Made by a program: the position numbers and the translations under genes
Assembly: GCA_902519075.1 (NCBI GenBank)
Contig: CABYIO010000002.1
Coordinates: 2,015 to 66,014, forward strand
DNA: 64,000 nt
Direction: 5' to 3'
DNA from: an uncultured Bacteroidota bacterium
GTDB lineage: Bacteria; Bacteroidota; Bacteroidia; Flavobacteriales; Flavobacteriaceae
Notes under the pieces: generated by a model
Told to the model about the DNA's origin: nothing
The model's database searches: none
What the model saw: the letters and a program-made list of their open reading frames with translations, nothing else
Part shown: in pieces, positions 37,922 to 47,916 of the stretch
Layout of the letters: the number at the start of each line of letters is the position of its first letter
Numbering within the stretch: the stretch's first letter is position 1

Positions 37922-38179
37922 ATGATTTCTAATTTTATATTTATTTTATTACTGTTATGGGGTATTCCTAGTACTTTTTTTAGAAGTAAATTTAGAAAGA
38001 TAGTATATCAAACGGAGGACTGGAAGATTAATATAAAGCCGGTATTTATTAAAGAATTAAAAGGGCTTTTTTTTAATATTTTTCCAGAAGATGATGCATA
38101 CATTAAAGTAAGAAATCAATATAGAATATACTTGATGGTATACTTATTGCTTTTTATCATTTATATCTTAATAAAATGA
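37922..38179 (+). CDS. Hypothetical small membrane protein (two predicted TM segments)
   Basis: 85 aa with hydrophobic N- and C-termini. Its stop overlaps the next start (ATGA at 38176-38179). No homology recognised. Confidence 0.4.
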   Translation: MISNFIFILLLLWGIPSTFFRSKFRKIVYQTEDWKINIKPVFIKELKGLFFNIFPEDDAYIKVRNQYRIYLMVYLLLFIIYILIK

Positions 38180-39021
38180 AGAACCACATATTTAATATTA
38201 TATCATCCCTGATAGCTTTTTATATACCATTTCAAATTGCTTTATTAACTGATTTAGTTTTAGTTAAAAATTTAATTTTATTAATCTTTTGTATACAATG
38301 GGTAAGCTTTATACCAGCTTTTATTTTTCAAACCGAAAAGTTTTATGATTTAACAGGTAGTATCACTTATTTGACAGCTGTATTCTACACATTATATGTA
38401 ACAGGATCAAATAATTTATTTGATTTAATAATAGTAGCATGTGTTGCAGTATGGGCAATTAGATTAGGTTCATTTTTATTTATGCGAATCCATAAAGCAG
38501 GAGAGGATCGTAGGTTTAGAACTATCAAGCCAAATTTTACAAGATTTTTAATGACCTGGACTCTTCAAGGTATGTGGGTGTCAATGTGCTTGTTATGTGT
38601 TTTAACAGCACTTTCATCGTATTCTGGAGTAATAATGAATAGCATATTCTTTATCGGTTTAATAGTCTTTATTTTAGGCTTATCTATTGAAATAATTGCT
38701 GATTACCAAAAAACAGTTTTTAGAAGAAAGATTGAAAATAAAGATAAATTTATAACAACAGGATTATGGTCTTTATCTAGGCATCCTAATTATTTTGGTG
38801 AAATTTTATTGTGGACAGGTATAGCAATTATGTCAATTTCATCTTTACAAGGTCTTCAATATTTAACACTCATTTCCCCAATATTTGTATATGTTCTACT
38901 TGTTTATATTTCAGGGGTTAGAATTTTAGAGGCTCAAGCAGAAAAAAAATGGGGCCACCTTGATTCTTTTAAAGAATATATAAAAAATACCCCAAGGCTT
39001 TTTTTTAAAATTTTTGGTTAA
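38176..39021 (+). CDS. DUF1295-family membrane protein (steroid 5-alpha-reductase/ICMT-like fold)
   Basis: 281 aa, multi-TM, with the C-terminal signature LWSLSRHPNYFGEILLWTG. Confidence 0.78.
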   Translation: MKNHIFNIISSLIAFYIPFQIALLTDLVLVKNLILLIFCIQWVSFIPAFIFQTEKFYDLTGSITYLTAVFYTLYVTGSNNLFDLIIVACVAVWAIRLGSFLFMRIHKAGEDRRFRTIKPNFTRFLMTWTLQGMWVSMCLLCVLTALSSYSGVIMNSIFFIGLIVFILGLSIEIIADYQKTVFRRKIENKDKFITTGLWSLSRHPNYFGEILLWTGIAIMSISSLQGLQYLTLISPIFVYVLLVYISGVRILEAQAEKKWGHLDSFKEYIKNTPRLFFKIFG

Positions 39022-39047
39022 TTTTGGGAATTATTAAATTAACCAAT

Positions 39048-39590
39048 ATGAAGAAACTACTAATTATAGCCTTTTTATTACCGATATTCTCTTTTTCACA
39101 AAATCCAATGATCAAGAAGCAGATGAATCCGATCATGAAGAAAAAAATGGAAATAAAAAAGAAGAAGAGTCTTGATCCAAAGCCATTTGAAATGAAGAAG
39201 AAGGTAGAAAAGACAATTATTAATATGTGGGAAGAATATAGTAGAGCATTTGAGTATTCTGATTTCGATAAGATTAAAACTTATTTTACATATCCTGTTA
39301 CATTCTCCCTTTTTGGAGATCCAATTATTGTTAAAAACGAAAATGATTTAATTAAATTCTACAATTATATTAGATCCAATGTGCAAGATGGTTATAAATA
39401 CAGCAAATTAGAAAAATCAAGGATTATGTGGATTTCAAAAGAAATTTGCATGCTTGATGCTACATACTCAAGATTTAACGAAAATTATGATAGAATATTC
39501 ACTGGTAGAGGAATATACATGTACAAAAGAGTCGATAAGTCTTGGAAAATGTTTTCAATGTCAAGTATTGAAATGAATAACAAAAAATAA
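39048..39590 (+). CDS. Hypothetical secreted protein, possible NTF2/SnoaL-like fold, with K/M-rich N-terminal repeat
   Basis: Start moved to the ATG giving MKKLLIIAFLLPIFSFSQ. Contains the NPMIKKQM/NPIMKKKM tandem. The fold assignment (WEEYSRAF...KSWKMFSMSS) is only an impression. Confidence 0.45.
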   Translation: MKKLLIIAFLLPIFSFSQNPMIKKQMNPIMKKKMEIKKKKSLDPKPFEMKKKVEKTIINMWEEYSRAFEYSDFDKIKTYFTYPVTFSLFGDPIIVKNENDLIKFYNYIRSNVQDGYKYSKLEKSRIMWISKEICMLDATYSRFNENYDRIFTGRGIYMYKRVDKSWKMFSMSSIEMNNKK

Positions 39591-39591
39591 T

Positions 39592-40116
39592 ATGAAAAAA
39601 TTTTTTTGTTTTTCTGGAACAATTAGTGGAACTACCTTTTTATTAAGAATTTTATTTGTTTTTCTTTTAATGCTTCCATCTCTAGTAGCAATAATTGCTA
39701 AATGGACAACTTATTTTATGTCATTAGGAAATTTTGATATTTCTGATCAATCAATGGAGAATCAGATGGAGATACAATCTTTTGGTGATGAATTGGCTCA
39801 GAAGATTTCAGAGAATCCAGAATTTTATTTAAATGATTTTATGCAATCCTTTACTTATGGTTGGATATTTATATTTATTATTTGCTTTATTCCTCCTGTT
39901 TGGTTTGGGTTAGCAACTTCTTATAAAAGAGTTTCGGCACTTTTCTTTGAGCAAAGAAAAGGGGTTTTTGTAGCAATAATTTTATTTGATATAGTTTCAG
40001 ATTATATATTTTTAACCAATACTGGTATTATAAATTCTATACTATCACTAATTGGAATGCTAATTTTCGCATTCCTTATTTTCAATAATTCTAAATTTGA
40101 AAAACATGAAGGTTAA
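39592..40116 (+). CDS. Hypothetical membrane protein (about 4 TM segments)
   Basis: 174 aa. It starts 1 nt after the upstream stop. There is a weak DUF805-like N-terminus (FSGTISGTTFLLRILF). Confidence 0.45.
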   Translation: MKKFFCFSGTISGTTFLLRILFVFLLMLPSLVAIIAKWTTYFMSLGNFDISDQSMENQMEIQSFGDELAQKISENPEFYLNDFMQSFTYGWIFIFIICFIPPVWFGLATSYKRVSALFFEQRKGVFVAIILFDIVSDYIFLTNTGIINSILSLIGMLIFAFLIFNNSKFEKHEG

Positions 40117-40597
40117 ATACCCAATTATAGTTCTTGTTTTTCTATTTAATTCCTGTTTATCCTTAAAAGTTGGAAATAAAGACGTTAAAAGCAGTTCGGT
40201 AAAAAATCATGCAACTATTGAGTTTATTAATTCTCAAGAGAATATTGATAGGGGCTACCCATTTTCAGAAGCAACAGTTGTTAATGGTATAATATATTTA
40301 TCGGGTGAAATAGGTACATTACCCGACGGCAGTCTTATTCCTGGGGGTATTATACCAGAAACTCGGCAAACGCTTGCTAATATCAAAAACAAGTTAGAAA
40401 AGATAGGTGGTTCAATGGATGATATTTTTAAATGTACTTGTATGCTTTCGGACATAAAAGATTGGCCCCTTATGAGTCAAGAGTATAAAAAATTCTTTAA
40501 TCCTAACAAACTTCCAGCTAGGAGTGCCTTTGCGGGTAGTGGTTTAGCTTTAGGAGCCAAGCTAGAAATTGAGTGTATGGCAATAAAAAGAGATTAA
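40106..40597 (+). CDS. RidA/YjgF-family protein with lipoprotein-type signal peptide
   Basis: Contains PFSEATVVNGIIYLSGEIG ... ARSAFAGSGLALGAKLEIECMA. The N-terminus from ATG 40106 is MKVKYPIIVLVFLFNSC (lipobox). It overlaps the upstream gene by 11 nt. Confidence 0.82.
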   Translation: MKVKYPIIVLVFLFNSCLSLKVGNKDVKSSSVKNHATIEFINSQENIDRGYPFSEATVVNGIIYLSGEIGTLPDGSLIPGGIIPETRQTLANIKNKLEKIGGSMDDIFKCTCMLSDIKDWPLMSQEYKKFFNPNKLPARSAFAGSGLALGAKLEIECMAIKRD

Positions 40598-40721
40598 GCC
40601 TTGTTAAAGAATAAAACTTTTTGGATTTTTTTAATGATAATTATCCCTTTAATGGGTCTATTATTTAAAATTTATGCTCTTTTTTTAATTCTTCCGCTAG
40701 GATTTTACTTTAGAAAAGATC

Positions 40722-41528
40722 CTAAGTAAACTCGATTACTAAAATAATCAACCCAATTAATATTACAAATAAACCAAAAACCATTTTTAATTTGTTGTCT
40801 TCGACTTTTTGAGAAAATAATTGTCCAATGAAAATACCAACTACAGAAATTAGTGTAAATGTGAGTAAAAATAACCAGTCAATTTCAAGATTTTGAACAT
40901 CTCCTAAAAATCCAATAAGAGATTTTAATGAAATAATTACCAAAGATGTTGCTATTGCTACTTTCATCCTTAGATCTGAAAGAATTACAAGTATTGGAAT
41001 AATTATAAACCCACCCCCAGCTCCGATTAACCCAGTTAAAAAACCTATAAGTGATCCTTCAGCAAATATTAATAATTTATTTGGAGCTATTGTTTTTGTC
41101 TGTTTTAATCCAACAATTGTTTTTGGAGTTCTTTTAATCATTAGGAAACCCGCAACAAGCATCAATAGAGAAAATAACAGCATAATTAATTGATCTTTAC
41201 TTAGGAATATTGATCCTGAATTTATAATTGTTTCAGGAATTAAATGAATCACATATTTTCTGGTCAAATACACAGTGATTACTGCTGAAAATGAGAAAAG
41301 TATAGTTGATGAGTAATTTATTAGCTTATCTCTCAAATTTTTAATTGAACCAATTAATGAGGTCGTACCAACAATGAATAGAGAATATGCAGTGGCAGTG
41401 ACTGGATTAATTCCAAATAAGTAAACAAGAATGGGTACAGAAAGGATAGATCCACCACTCCCTATTAGTCCTAGAATAAGACCAACCATAAAAGCTCCAA
41501 TAAATCCTAAGAATTCAAATGTTTCCAA
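40722..41528 (-). CDS. TauE/SafE-family sulfite/anion exporter
   Basis: 268 aa, about 8 TM, with duplicated G-rich motifs (LIGSGGSILSVPIL; LIGAGGGFIIIPIL). TTG start. Confidence 0.85.
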   Translation of the reverse strand: METFEFLGFIGAFMVGLILGLIGSGGSILSVPILVYLFGINPVTATAYSLFIVGTTSLIGSIKNLRDKLINYSSTILFSFSAVITVYLTRKYVIHLIPETIINSGSIFLSKDQLIMLLFSLLMLVAGFLMIKRTPKTIVGLKQTKTIAPNKLLIFAEGSLIGFLTGLIGAGGGFIIIPILVILSDLRMKVAIATSLVIISLKSLIGFLGDVQNLEIDWLFLLTFTLISVVGIFIGQLFSQKVEDNKLKMVFGLFVILIGLIILVIEFT

Positions 41529-41605
41529 TGAGAATGTTTAGTTTGTTTCTACAAGGCAAGTGTTAAGATAAGTTTAATATTTTAAAATCTGATAATCATT
41601 TTAAA

Positions 41606-41613
41606 TATCTTTG
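41606..41613 (+). promoter_or_regulatory. Candidate -7 promoter element TATCTTTG
   Basis: Perfect TAnnTTTG 21 nt upstream of ATG 41635. The track's TTG start (41611) is part of the motif. Confidence 0.4.
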
Positions 41614-41634
41614 TTACAGATTATTTTAAAGATA

Positions 41635-42285
41635 ATGCAGCATTATAAATTATTATTTTTATTTTTTTTTCTATTCATAAATTCTTTAGCACAAGAAACT
41701 GCGATTAAGTCCTTGAAAATAAAATCTTTAGATACAAATAATATAAATAAAGAGAGTTTTAATCTCAATAGAATTCAGCCAACTGGTCTTACTAACAAAG
41801 ATCAAATAAGTTTTTTTGATTATAATTTAGATTTTGATATTAACTCTAGTAAACAAGAAATAGATATCACTAACAAAACAGATTTAGTAACACCAACATG
41901 GACTATTCGTCAATCATTTAATGAAGGTGGTGTAAATAAATCTAAGTTTAGTAAAGACTTTTATTTGGGTGATTTAGAAACTAATTCAGAATATATAATA
42001 ATTAAGTGTAGAGACCATGAATATGTTGATGGTGATAGGATTAGGCTTATGATAAACGGAGCTGTGATACATCCAAATATTTCATTATCGTCTGTTTTTT
42101 ATGTGGTTGATGTAGATCTTGATGATGGATACAATAATATTGATTTTATAGCCCTAAACGAAGGCGAGTCAAGTCCTAATACAGCTCAACTAATTGTGCT
42201 TGACGAATTTGGAAAGCAGCTTTCAAATAAAAAATGGTTGATTTCAACTGGTTATAAGGCTAAGCTGGTTGTTTTTAAAAAATAG
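41635..42285 (+). CDS. Hypothetical secreted protein
   Basis: Signal peptide MQHYKLLFLFFFLFINSLAQ. No motif recognised. Confidence 0.5.
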   Translation: MQHYKLLFLFFFLFINSLAQETAIKSLKIKSLDTNNINKESFNLNRIQPTGLTNKDQISFFDYNLDFDINSSKQEIDITNKTDLVTPTWTIRQSFNEGGVNKSKFSKDFYLGDLETNSEYIIIKCRDHEYVDGDRIRLMINGAVIHPNISLSSVFYVVDVDLDDGYNNIDFIALNEGESSPNTAQLIVLDEFGKQLSNKKWLISTGYKAKLVVFKK

Positions 42286-42286
42286 T

Positions 42287-43402
42287 TTAGTTGTTTAGCA
42301 TAACAGGCATTACTAGCATTATAAGTTCTTCATCATCTGAATATCCGTCTAGAGGTTTAAGAATTCCTGCCCTGTTGGGAAGACTCATTTCCAATTTAAC
42401 CTCCTTACAATCTAAATTATTAGTCATTTCAATTAAGAATCTAGAGTTAAACCCTATTTCAATATCTTCACCCTTGTAATCACAGGTTAATCTTTCTTCA
42501 GCTTTATTACTGAAATCAACATCTTCCGCCGAAATGTTCAATTCAGCACCTGCAATTTTAAGTCTAACCTGATGGGTTGTTTTATTTGAAAAAATTGACA
42601 CTCTTTTAAGCGAACTAAGCAACAAGGATCTATCAATTGTTAAAGCATTTGGATTTTCTGTTGGAATAACTGCTTCATAATTTGGGTATTGTCCATCTAT
42701 TAATCTACAGATTACGGTTAAACCATCCATATCAAATTTAGCATTTGAATTATTGTATTCTATAGTCACTTCCTGATCGGAGTCTATAATATTTTTTAAA
42801 AGATTTAGAGGTTTTTTTGGCATTATAAATTCTGCTAACGTAGTTGCCTTTAAATCATTTCTCTTGTATTTAACCAGTTTATGTGCATCAGTTGCAACAA
42901 ACGTTAAGTTATCAGAGCTTAATTGAAAAAAAACACCACTCATTACCGGTCTTAAATCATCGTTTCCTGAGGCAAATATTGTCGAATTAATTGCCTTTGC
43001 CAAAACCATACTTGAAATCTTGGTACTTGAAGGATTATCTAGTGTAATTGTTTTTGGAAATTGATCGCCTTCAGTGTATGCAAGGGCATATTTTCCGTGA
43101 TTTGAGCTTATTTCAACGGTATTATTATCTTCAACTGTAAAAGTGAGTGGTTGTTCTGGAAACGTTTTTAATGTATCAATTAGAAGTTTTGAGGGAATTG
43201 CTACTGAACCTTTACTTGAGCTATCTACCTCCATAGATGAAATCATCGTTGTTTCAAGATCACTAGAAGTTATTTTTAACTTAGAACCATCTAAATCAAA
43301 TAAAAAATGATCTAAAACGGGAATTGTATTCGAGGTATTTATTACACCTCCTAGGATTTGAAGTTTCTTTAAAAGTGTGCTACTTGAAACAATGAATTTC
43401 AT
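42287..43402 (-). CDS. dnaN: DNA polymerase III subunit beta (sliding clamp)
   Basis: 371 aa with MKFIVSSSTLLKKLQ...IPVLDHFLF and a three-domain length. The C-terminus is LIMLVMPVMLN. Confidence 0.95.
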   Translation of the reverse strand: MKFIVSSSTLLKKLQILGGVINTSNTIPVLDHFLFDLDGSKLKITSSDLETTMISSMEVDSSSKGSVAIPSKLLIDTLKTFPEQPLTFTVEDNNTVEISSNHGKYALAYTEGDQFPKTITLDNPSSTKISSMVLAKAINSTIFASGNDDLRPVMSGVFFQLSSDNLTFVATDAHKLVKYKRNDLKATTLAEFIMPKKPLNLLKNIIDSDQEVTIEYNNSNAKFDMDGLTVICRLIDGQYPNYEAVIPTENPNALTIDRSLLLSSLKRVSIFSNKTTHQVRLKIAGAELNISAEDVDFSNKAEERLTCDYKGEDIEIGFNSRFLIEMTNNLDCKEVKLEMSLPNRAGILKPLDGYSDDEELIMLVMPVMLNN

Positions 43403-43425
43403 AGATTATGATTAGAAATTATTAA

Positions 43426-43433
43426 CAAATATA
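43426..43433 (-). promoter_or_regulatory. Candidate -7 promoter element TATATTTG
   Basis: Minus-strand perfect TAnnTTTG 23 nt upstream of the dnaN ATG at 43402. Confidence 0.45.
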
Positions 43434-43479
43434 TCATATTGATAAATTATTCTTAAATAAACTTATTAACATAAATGAC

Positions 43480-44310
43480 TCAGTTAAATGAAATAGTTAC
43501 CGAGTCATATATTTTTAATCCCATTAATGATGATGCTGTACCTACATTCTGAGGATTACTTCTGTATATTGATATTTGAAGAAGATCACTTGAATTAAAG
43601 ACAACTAATCCTTTACCTTCATCATTTCGTTCATTTACTGCTGTTTCAAAGTTTACTATATCACTATAATTGTTGTATATATTTTTAAACTTATAGTTTC
43701 TAACTGAAATCTCAAAAGATCTTCCCTTCTGAATTTTTTCAAACACATCTTTTTTAAGATTTGTTACAACATTTCCAAAATTATCAATATAAATTACACT
43801 TGAAATAATTTGAGTTAAGTCTTCGTTAATAAAAGGTTTAAGGTTTTTTACAGGTTTAATTTTATTAATTACTTTGCCGACAAGTTCAGGTTTACCTCCC
43901 TTAGCTAAATGACATGCTACTTTTGAAAAAATTTGGGTGCTTGAATCTATTTGATTTAATTCTTCATGAATATTGATTTCATATATTTTTTCAGGATTAA
44001 TGCTTTGAGACAAAATACTCAAAATACCGTTATCTGCAGAAATAAAAAAATGATTATCTAAATAAACTATAATGTGTTTTTTTTCTAACGTCTTTTCAGA
44101 ATCAACATCAATAATATGTACAGTTTTTTCTGGAAAGCTTTTGTATGAATTTTCAAGGATATATGCAGCCTCCATAATGTTAAAAGGGGATACATTATTA
44201 GAAATATCAACTATCTTTGCCTGATTATAGTTACTGTAAATATCACCTTTGATTTTTCCAACAAAATGATCTTTATTTCCGAAATCAGTAATTAGAGTAA
44301 TAATAGACAT
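43480..44310 (-). CDS. SAM hydroxide adenosyltransferase-like protein (DUF62, chlorinase/fluorinase fold)
   Basis: 276 aa. The N-terminus ITLITDFGNKDHFVGKIKG and the two-domain length are typical of DUF62. Confidence 0.8.
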   Translation of the reverse strand: MSIITLITDFGNKDHFVGKIKGDIYSNYNQAKIVDISNNVSPFNIMEAAYILENSYKSFPEKTVHIIDVDSEKTLEKKHIIVYLDNHFFISADNGILSILSQSINPEKIYEINIHEELNQIDSSTQIFSKVACHLAKGGKPELVGKVINKIKPVKNLKPFINEDLTQIISSVIYIDNFGNVVTNLKKDVFEKIQKGRSFEISVRNYKFKNIYNNYSDIVNFETAVNERNDEGKGLVVFNSSDLLQISIYRSNPQNVGTASSLMGLKIYDSVTISFN

Positions 44311-44408
44311 TAAATTGTTAATATTTAATAATGTAAGTGGTTATGAAATTACGTATTTTAGATTTAGTAATCTAGTAAAATATACTCTGATTAATAACAA
44401 TTAATAAT

Positions 44409-45359
44409 TTGGAAGAAAAAGTAATCAAAATTGAAAGTATTGATCCAAAAGATTTTTTTGGTCCACAGAATAAAAATATAAAGGTTTTAAAAAGTAATTT
44501 CCCAAATTTAAAGATTGTTGCTAGGGGAAGTCAAATCAAGGCATATGGTAAATCTGAAGATTTATCCGAATTGGAGATTAGAATCAATAAAATCATCAAT
44601 TATTTTTTAAAATATAATATTGTTTCAGACAATGAAATAGAAACTCTACTTACTAAATCAGATAATGAATTAGAAACATCTGCTGAAAGTCATAAGCCAA
44701 TTCTGCATGGTATAAGTGGGAGAGTTATTAAAGCAAGAACTTTAAATCAAAGAAAAATAATTGACAGTGTAATGAAGAATGATATGGTATTTGCAATAGG
44801 CCCTGCAGGTACAGGAAAAACATATACAGGAATAGCATTAGCGGTTAAAGCTTTGAAAAATAAAAATGTTAAGAGAATAATATTGACAAGACCAGCAATA
44901 GAAGCAGGTGAAAATTTAGGGTTTCTACCTGGTGATTTAAAAGAAAAACTGGATCCATATATGCAGCCATTATATGATTCTTTAAAAGACATGATTCCAT
45001 CAGAAAAACTAAAGAAATATATGGAGGATGAAGTGATACAGATAGCCCCTTTAGCTTTTATGAGAGGTAGGACACTTGATAACGCATTTGTGATACTTGA
45101 CGAAGGTCAAAATACTACTCATTCACAAATGAAAATGTTTTTAACAAGAATGGGTAAGAACGCGAAATTTATAATTACTGGAGATCCAGGTCAAGTTGAT
45201 CTACCAAGAAATGCAATTTCTGGAATCAAAGAAGCGATATTAATTTTGAAAAATACACCAGGTGTTGGTATAGTTCATCTAGATGAATCTGATGTGATTA
45301 GAAATAAGTTGGTAAAGAAAATCGTTGACGCATATAAAAATATCGAAAATAATAGCTAA
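44409..45359 (+). CDS. phoH: PhoH-family ATPase
   Basis: 316 aa with Walker [10 protein letters not shown] and Walker B ILDEGQN, plus [14 protein letters not shown] start. Confidence 0.9.
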   Translation: MEEKVIKIESIDPKDFFGPQNKNIKVLKSNFPNLKIVARGSQIKAYGKSEDLSELEIRINKIINYFLKYNIVSDNEIETLLTKSDNELETSAESHKPILHGISGRVIKARTLNQRKIIDSVMKNDMVFAIGPAGTGKTYTGIALAVKALKNKNVKRIILTRPAIEAGENLGFLPGDLKEKLDPYMQPLYDSLKDMIPSEKLKKYMEDEVIQIAPLAFMRGRTLDNAFVILDEGQNTTHSQMKMFLTRMGKNAKFIITGDPGQVDLPRNAISGIKEAILILKNTPGVGIVHLDESDVIRNKLVKKIVDAYKNIENNS

Positions 45360-45361
45360 AA

Positions 45362-46324
45362 ATGTCAGAAACATTAACCAGCTCGGATTTCAATTTTACA
45401 TCTCAGGAGAAAGTTTACAAAGGCAAAGTAAGAGATGTTTACTACTTAAAAAAAGATATTGTGGTTATGGTGGCATCGGATAGAATTTCTGCATTTGATG
45501 TTGTTATGCCAAGAGGTATACCATTTAAGGGTCAAATTCTAAATCAAATTGCAATTAAAATGATGAATGAAACCAGAGAATTAGTCCCTAATTGGTTAAT
45601 TAATAGTCCTGACCCCAATGTCTCTGTAGGGCATTTATGTGAGCCTTTTAAAGTTGAGATGGTAATCAGAGGTTATTTGTCAGGACATGCTGCTAGACAA
45701 TATAGAAAAGGTGAAAGAGCTCTTTGTGGGGTTAAAATGCCAGATGGAATGAAAGAAAATGATAAATTTCCAGAGCCTATAATTACACCTGCAACTAAAG
45801 CTGATTTTGGTAAACATGATGAAGATATTAGTAAGCAAGAGATAATCGGTAGAGGAATTGTAAGTTTAGTTGATTATGAAATTCTTGAAAAATATACAAG
45901 ATCACTCTTTGAAAAAGGGTCAGAATTAGCAAAAGAAAGAGGTTTAATTTTGGTTGACACTAAATATGAGTTTGGAAAGACTAAAGATGGTGAAATTGTA
46001 CTAATTGATGAAATACACACCCCAGATTCCTCAAGATACTTTTATTCTGATGGATACTATGAAAGACAAATGAAAAATGAACCACAAAAACAATTATCTA
46101 AAGAATTTGTAAGACAATGGTTAATTTCTAATAACTTTCAGGGTCTCGAAGGACAAAAGGTTCCTAATATGTCAGATGAATATGTGAAATCAGTTTCTGA
46201 CAGGTATATTGAGTTATATGAAAATATAACATCTGAAATATTTATCAAATCTGATTTGAAAAATATTAAAAATAGAATATTTACAAATACTGAAAACTAT
46301 TTAAAAGAATATTTTGGAGTTTGA
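45362..46324 (+). CDS. purC: Phosphoribosylaminoimidazole-succinocarboxamide synthase
   Basis: 320 aa (long form) with [17 protein letters not shown] and LVDTKYEFG. Confidence 0.93.
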   Translation: MSETLTSSDFNFTSQEKVYKGKVRDVYYLKKDIVVMVASDRISAFDVVMPRGIPFKGQILNQIAIKMMNETRELVPNWLINSPDPNVSVGHLCEPFKVEMVIRGYLSGHAARQYRKGERALCGVKMPDGMKENDKFPEPIITPATKADFGKHDEDISKQEIIGRGIVSLVDYEILEKYTRSLFEKGSELAKERGLILVDTKYEFGKTKDGEIVLIDEIHTPDSSRYFYSDGYYERQMKNEPQKQLSKEFVRQWLISNNFQGLEGQKVPNMSDEYVKSVSDRYIELYENITSEIFIKSDLKNIKNRIFTNTENYLKEYFGV

Positions 46325-47672
46325 TAAAATTATTTCAGAAATATCATCTTTTGTTTGGGGTTACCCACTTCTTTTTATTTTAATTGGAGGGGGTATTTAT
46401 TTATTAATTATTTCCAGATTTATTCCTTTTAAATATTTTTTTCATGCAATTGATATCATTAGAGGTAAGTTTAATGATAAAAAATCAGACGGAGAGATTA
46501 GTCATTTTCAAGCTTTAACAACCGCTCTTTCTGCAACTGTAGGAATGGGCAATATTGCAGGTGTTGCTGTAGCAATTTCAATTGGTGGCCCTGGAGCAAT
46601 ATTTTGGATGTGGGTGAGTGGAATAATTGGAATGTCAACAAAATTTTTCACATCTGCTTTAGCTGTTATGTATAGAGGCGTTGATTCTGCTGGAAATAAA
46701 CAAGGTGGTCCTATGTATTTTATCGTAAACGGATTAGGAAAAAAATGGATCCCTATGGCAATGTTTTTCAGTTTTTGTGGTATGGTTGGGGCATTACCAG
46801 TTTTTAATGTTAATCAGCTAACTCAGGCAATTAATGATATTGTTCTAAAACCAAATGGCTTTGAAGTAAGTTTATTTTCAAATTCAATCATTGGGCTTAT
46901 ATTAATCATCTCAACATCAATTGTAATATTAGGGGGGTTGAAAAGAATTAGTCGTGTATCTGCTAAACTAGTCCCTTTTATGGTAGGTATTTATATATTA
47001 TCAATCCTGGTTATCCTATCACTTAATTATAATAAAGTTCCCGAATACTTATATTTAATTTTTTATGACGCATTCAATGCAGATTATTACTCAGGTAATT
47101 CAGCTTTAGGTGGTGTTTTAGGAGCTTTAATAATACTTGGAATAAGAAGAGGTGCCTTTTCAAATGAAGCCGGCATAGGGATGGCTCCAATGGCTCATGG
47201 TGCTGCAAAGACAAATAATCCTGTTAAAGAAGGTTTTGTTGCAATGTTAGGTCCATTTATTGATACACTTGTGGTCTGTACAATGACGGCACTTGCTATA
47301 CTCGTTACTGGAGCTTGGAAAACGCAAGCGGATGGAGTGTCATTGACAGCAGCAGCTTTTGAATCATCTTTTTCTAATGCCGGTAATTATATTTTACTTG
47401 CTTGTGTTTTTGTGTTTAGTATCTCTTCTCTTTTTTCTTATTCTTACTACGGCACTAAATGCCTTTCTTTTCTTGCTGGGGATAACAACAAAAAAAAATA
47501 TAACTACATTTATATAATTAGCATTATGCTGGGTGCTACTACGTCGTTATCAATGATGATTAATTTAATCGATACATTTTTTGCATTGATGGCTGTTCCA
47601 ACAATGATTGCTACATTGATTTTAGCACCTAAAGTTTTAAATGAATTAAACAAATATGAAATCAAAAGATAG
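46314..47672 (+). CDS. Alanine/glycine:cation symporter (AGCS) family transporter
   Basis: 452 aa, multi-TM, with [24 protein letters not shown] start overlapping the purC end. Confidence 0.9.
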   Translation: MEFDKIISEISSFVWGYPLLFILIGGGIYLLIISRFIPFKYFFHAIDIIRGKFNDKKSDGEISHFQALTTALSATVGMGNIAGVAVAISIGGPGAIFWMWVSGIIGMSTKFFTSALAVMYRGVDSAGNKQGGPMYFIVNGLGKKWIPMAMFFSFCGMVGALPVFNVNQLTQAINDIVLKPNGFEVSLFSNSIIGLILIISTSIVILGGLKRISRVSAKLVPFMVGIYILSILVILSLNYNKVPEYLYLIFYDAFNADYYSGNSALGGVLGALIILGIRRGAFSNEAGIGMAPMAHGAAKTNNPVKEGFVAMLGPFIDTLVVCTMTALAILVTGAWKTQADGVSLTAAAFESSFSNAGNYILLACVFVFSISSLFSYSYYGTKCLSFLAGDNNKKKYNYIYIISIMLGATTSLSMMINLIDTFFALMAVPTMIATLILAPKVLNELNKYEIKR

Positions 47673-47913
47673 ATACAATAATTATTGGAGAACAAATATT
47701 AAATATGTCTTAACACTACTTTTAATATGGTTTACCTTCTCATTTTTATTTGGTATTATTTTAAAGGATTTTTTAAATCAGTTTTCGATTGCTGGTTTTA
47801 AATTAGGATTTTGGTTTGCTCAACAAGGCTCTATATATGTTTTTGTTATCTTGATTTTTACATATGTTAGATTAATGAATAATCTTGATAAAAAATTTGG
47901 TTTTAAAAAATAG
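47656..47913 (+). CDS. DUF4212 small membrane protein (putative solute:sodium symporter small subunit)
   Basis: 85 aa with the signature GFWFAQQGSIYVFVILIF. It lies immediately upstream of the SSS transporter. Confidence 0.85.
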   Translation: MKSKDRYNNYWRTNIKYVLTLLLIWFTFSFLFGIILKDFLNQFSIAGFKLGFWFAQQGSIYVFVILIFTYVRLMNNLDKKFGFKK

Positions 47914-47916
47914 AAA

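Noticed and set aside
39100-39200. Imperfect tandem DNA repeat (AATCCAATGATCAAGAAG / AATCCGATCATGAAGAAA) and a K-rich tract.
   Set aside because: It lies within a coding sequence and only produces a short K/M-rich peptide repeat. It is not a CRISPR-like or intergenic repeat array.
42287-43479. dnaN as a possible marker of the replication origin.
   Set aside because: No dnaA gene, no DnaA-box cluster and only a 77-nt upstream spacer with an ordinary promoter motif. In Bacteroidota, dnaN is often unlinked to oriC.
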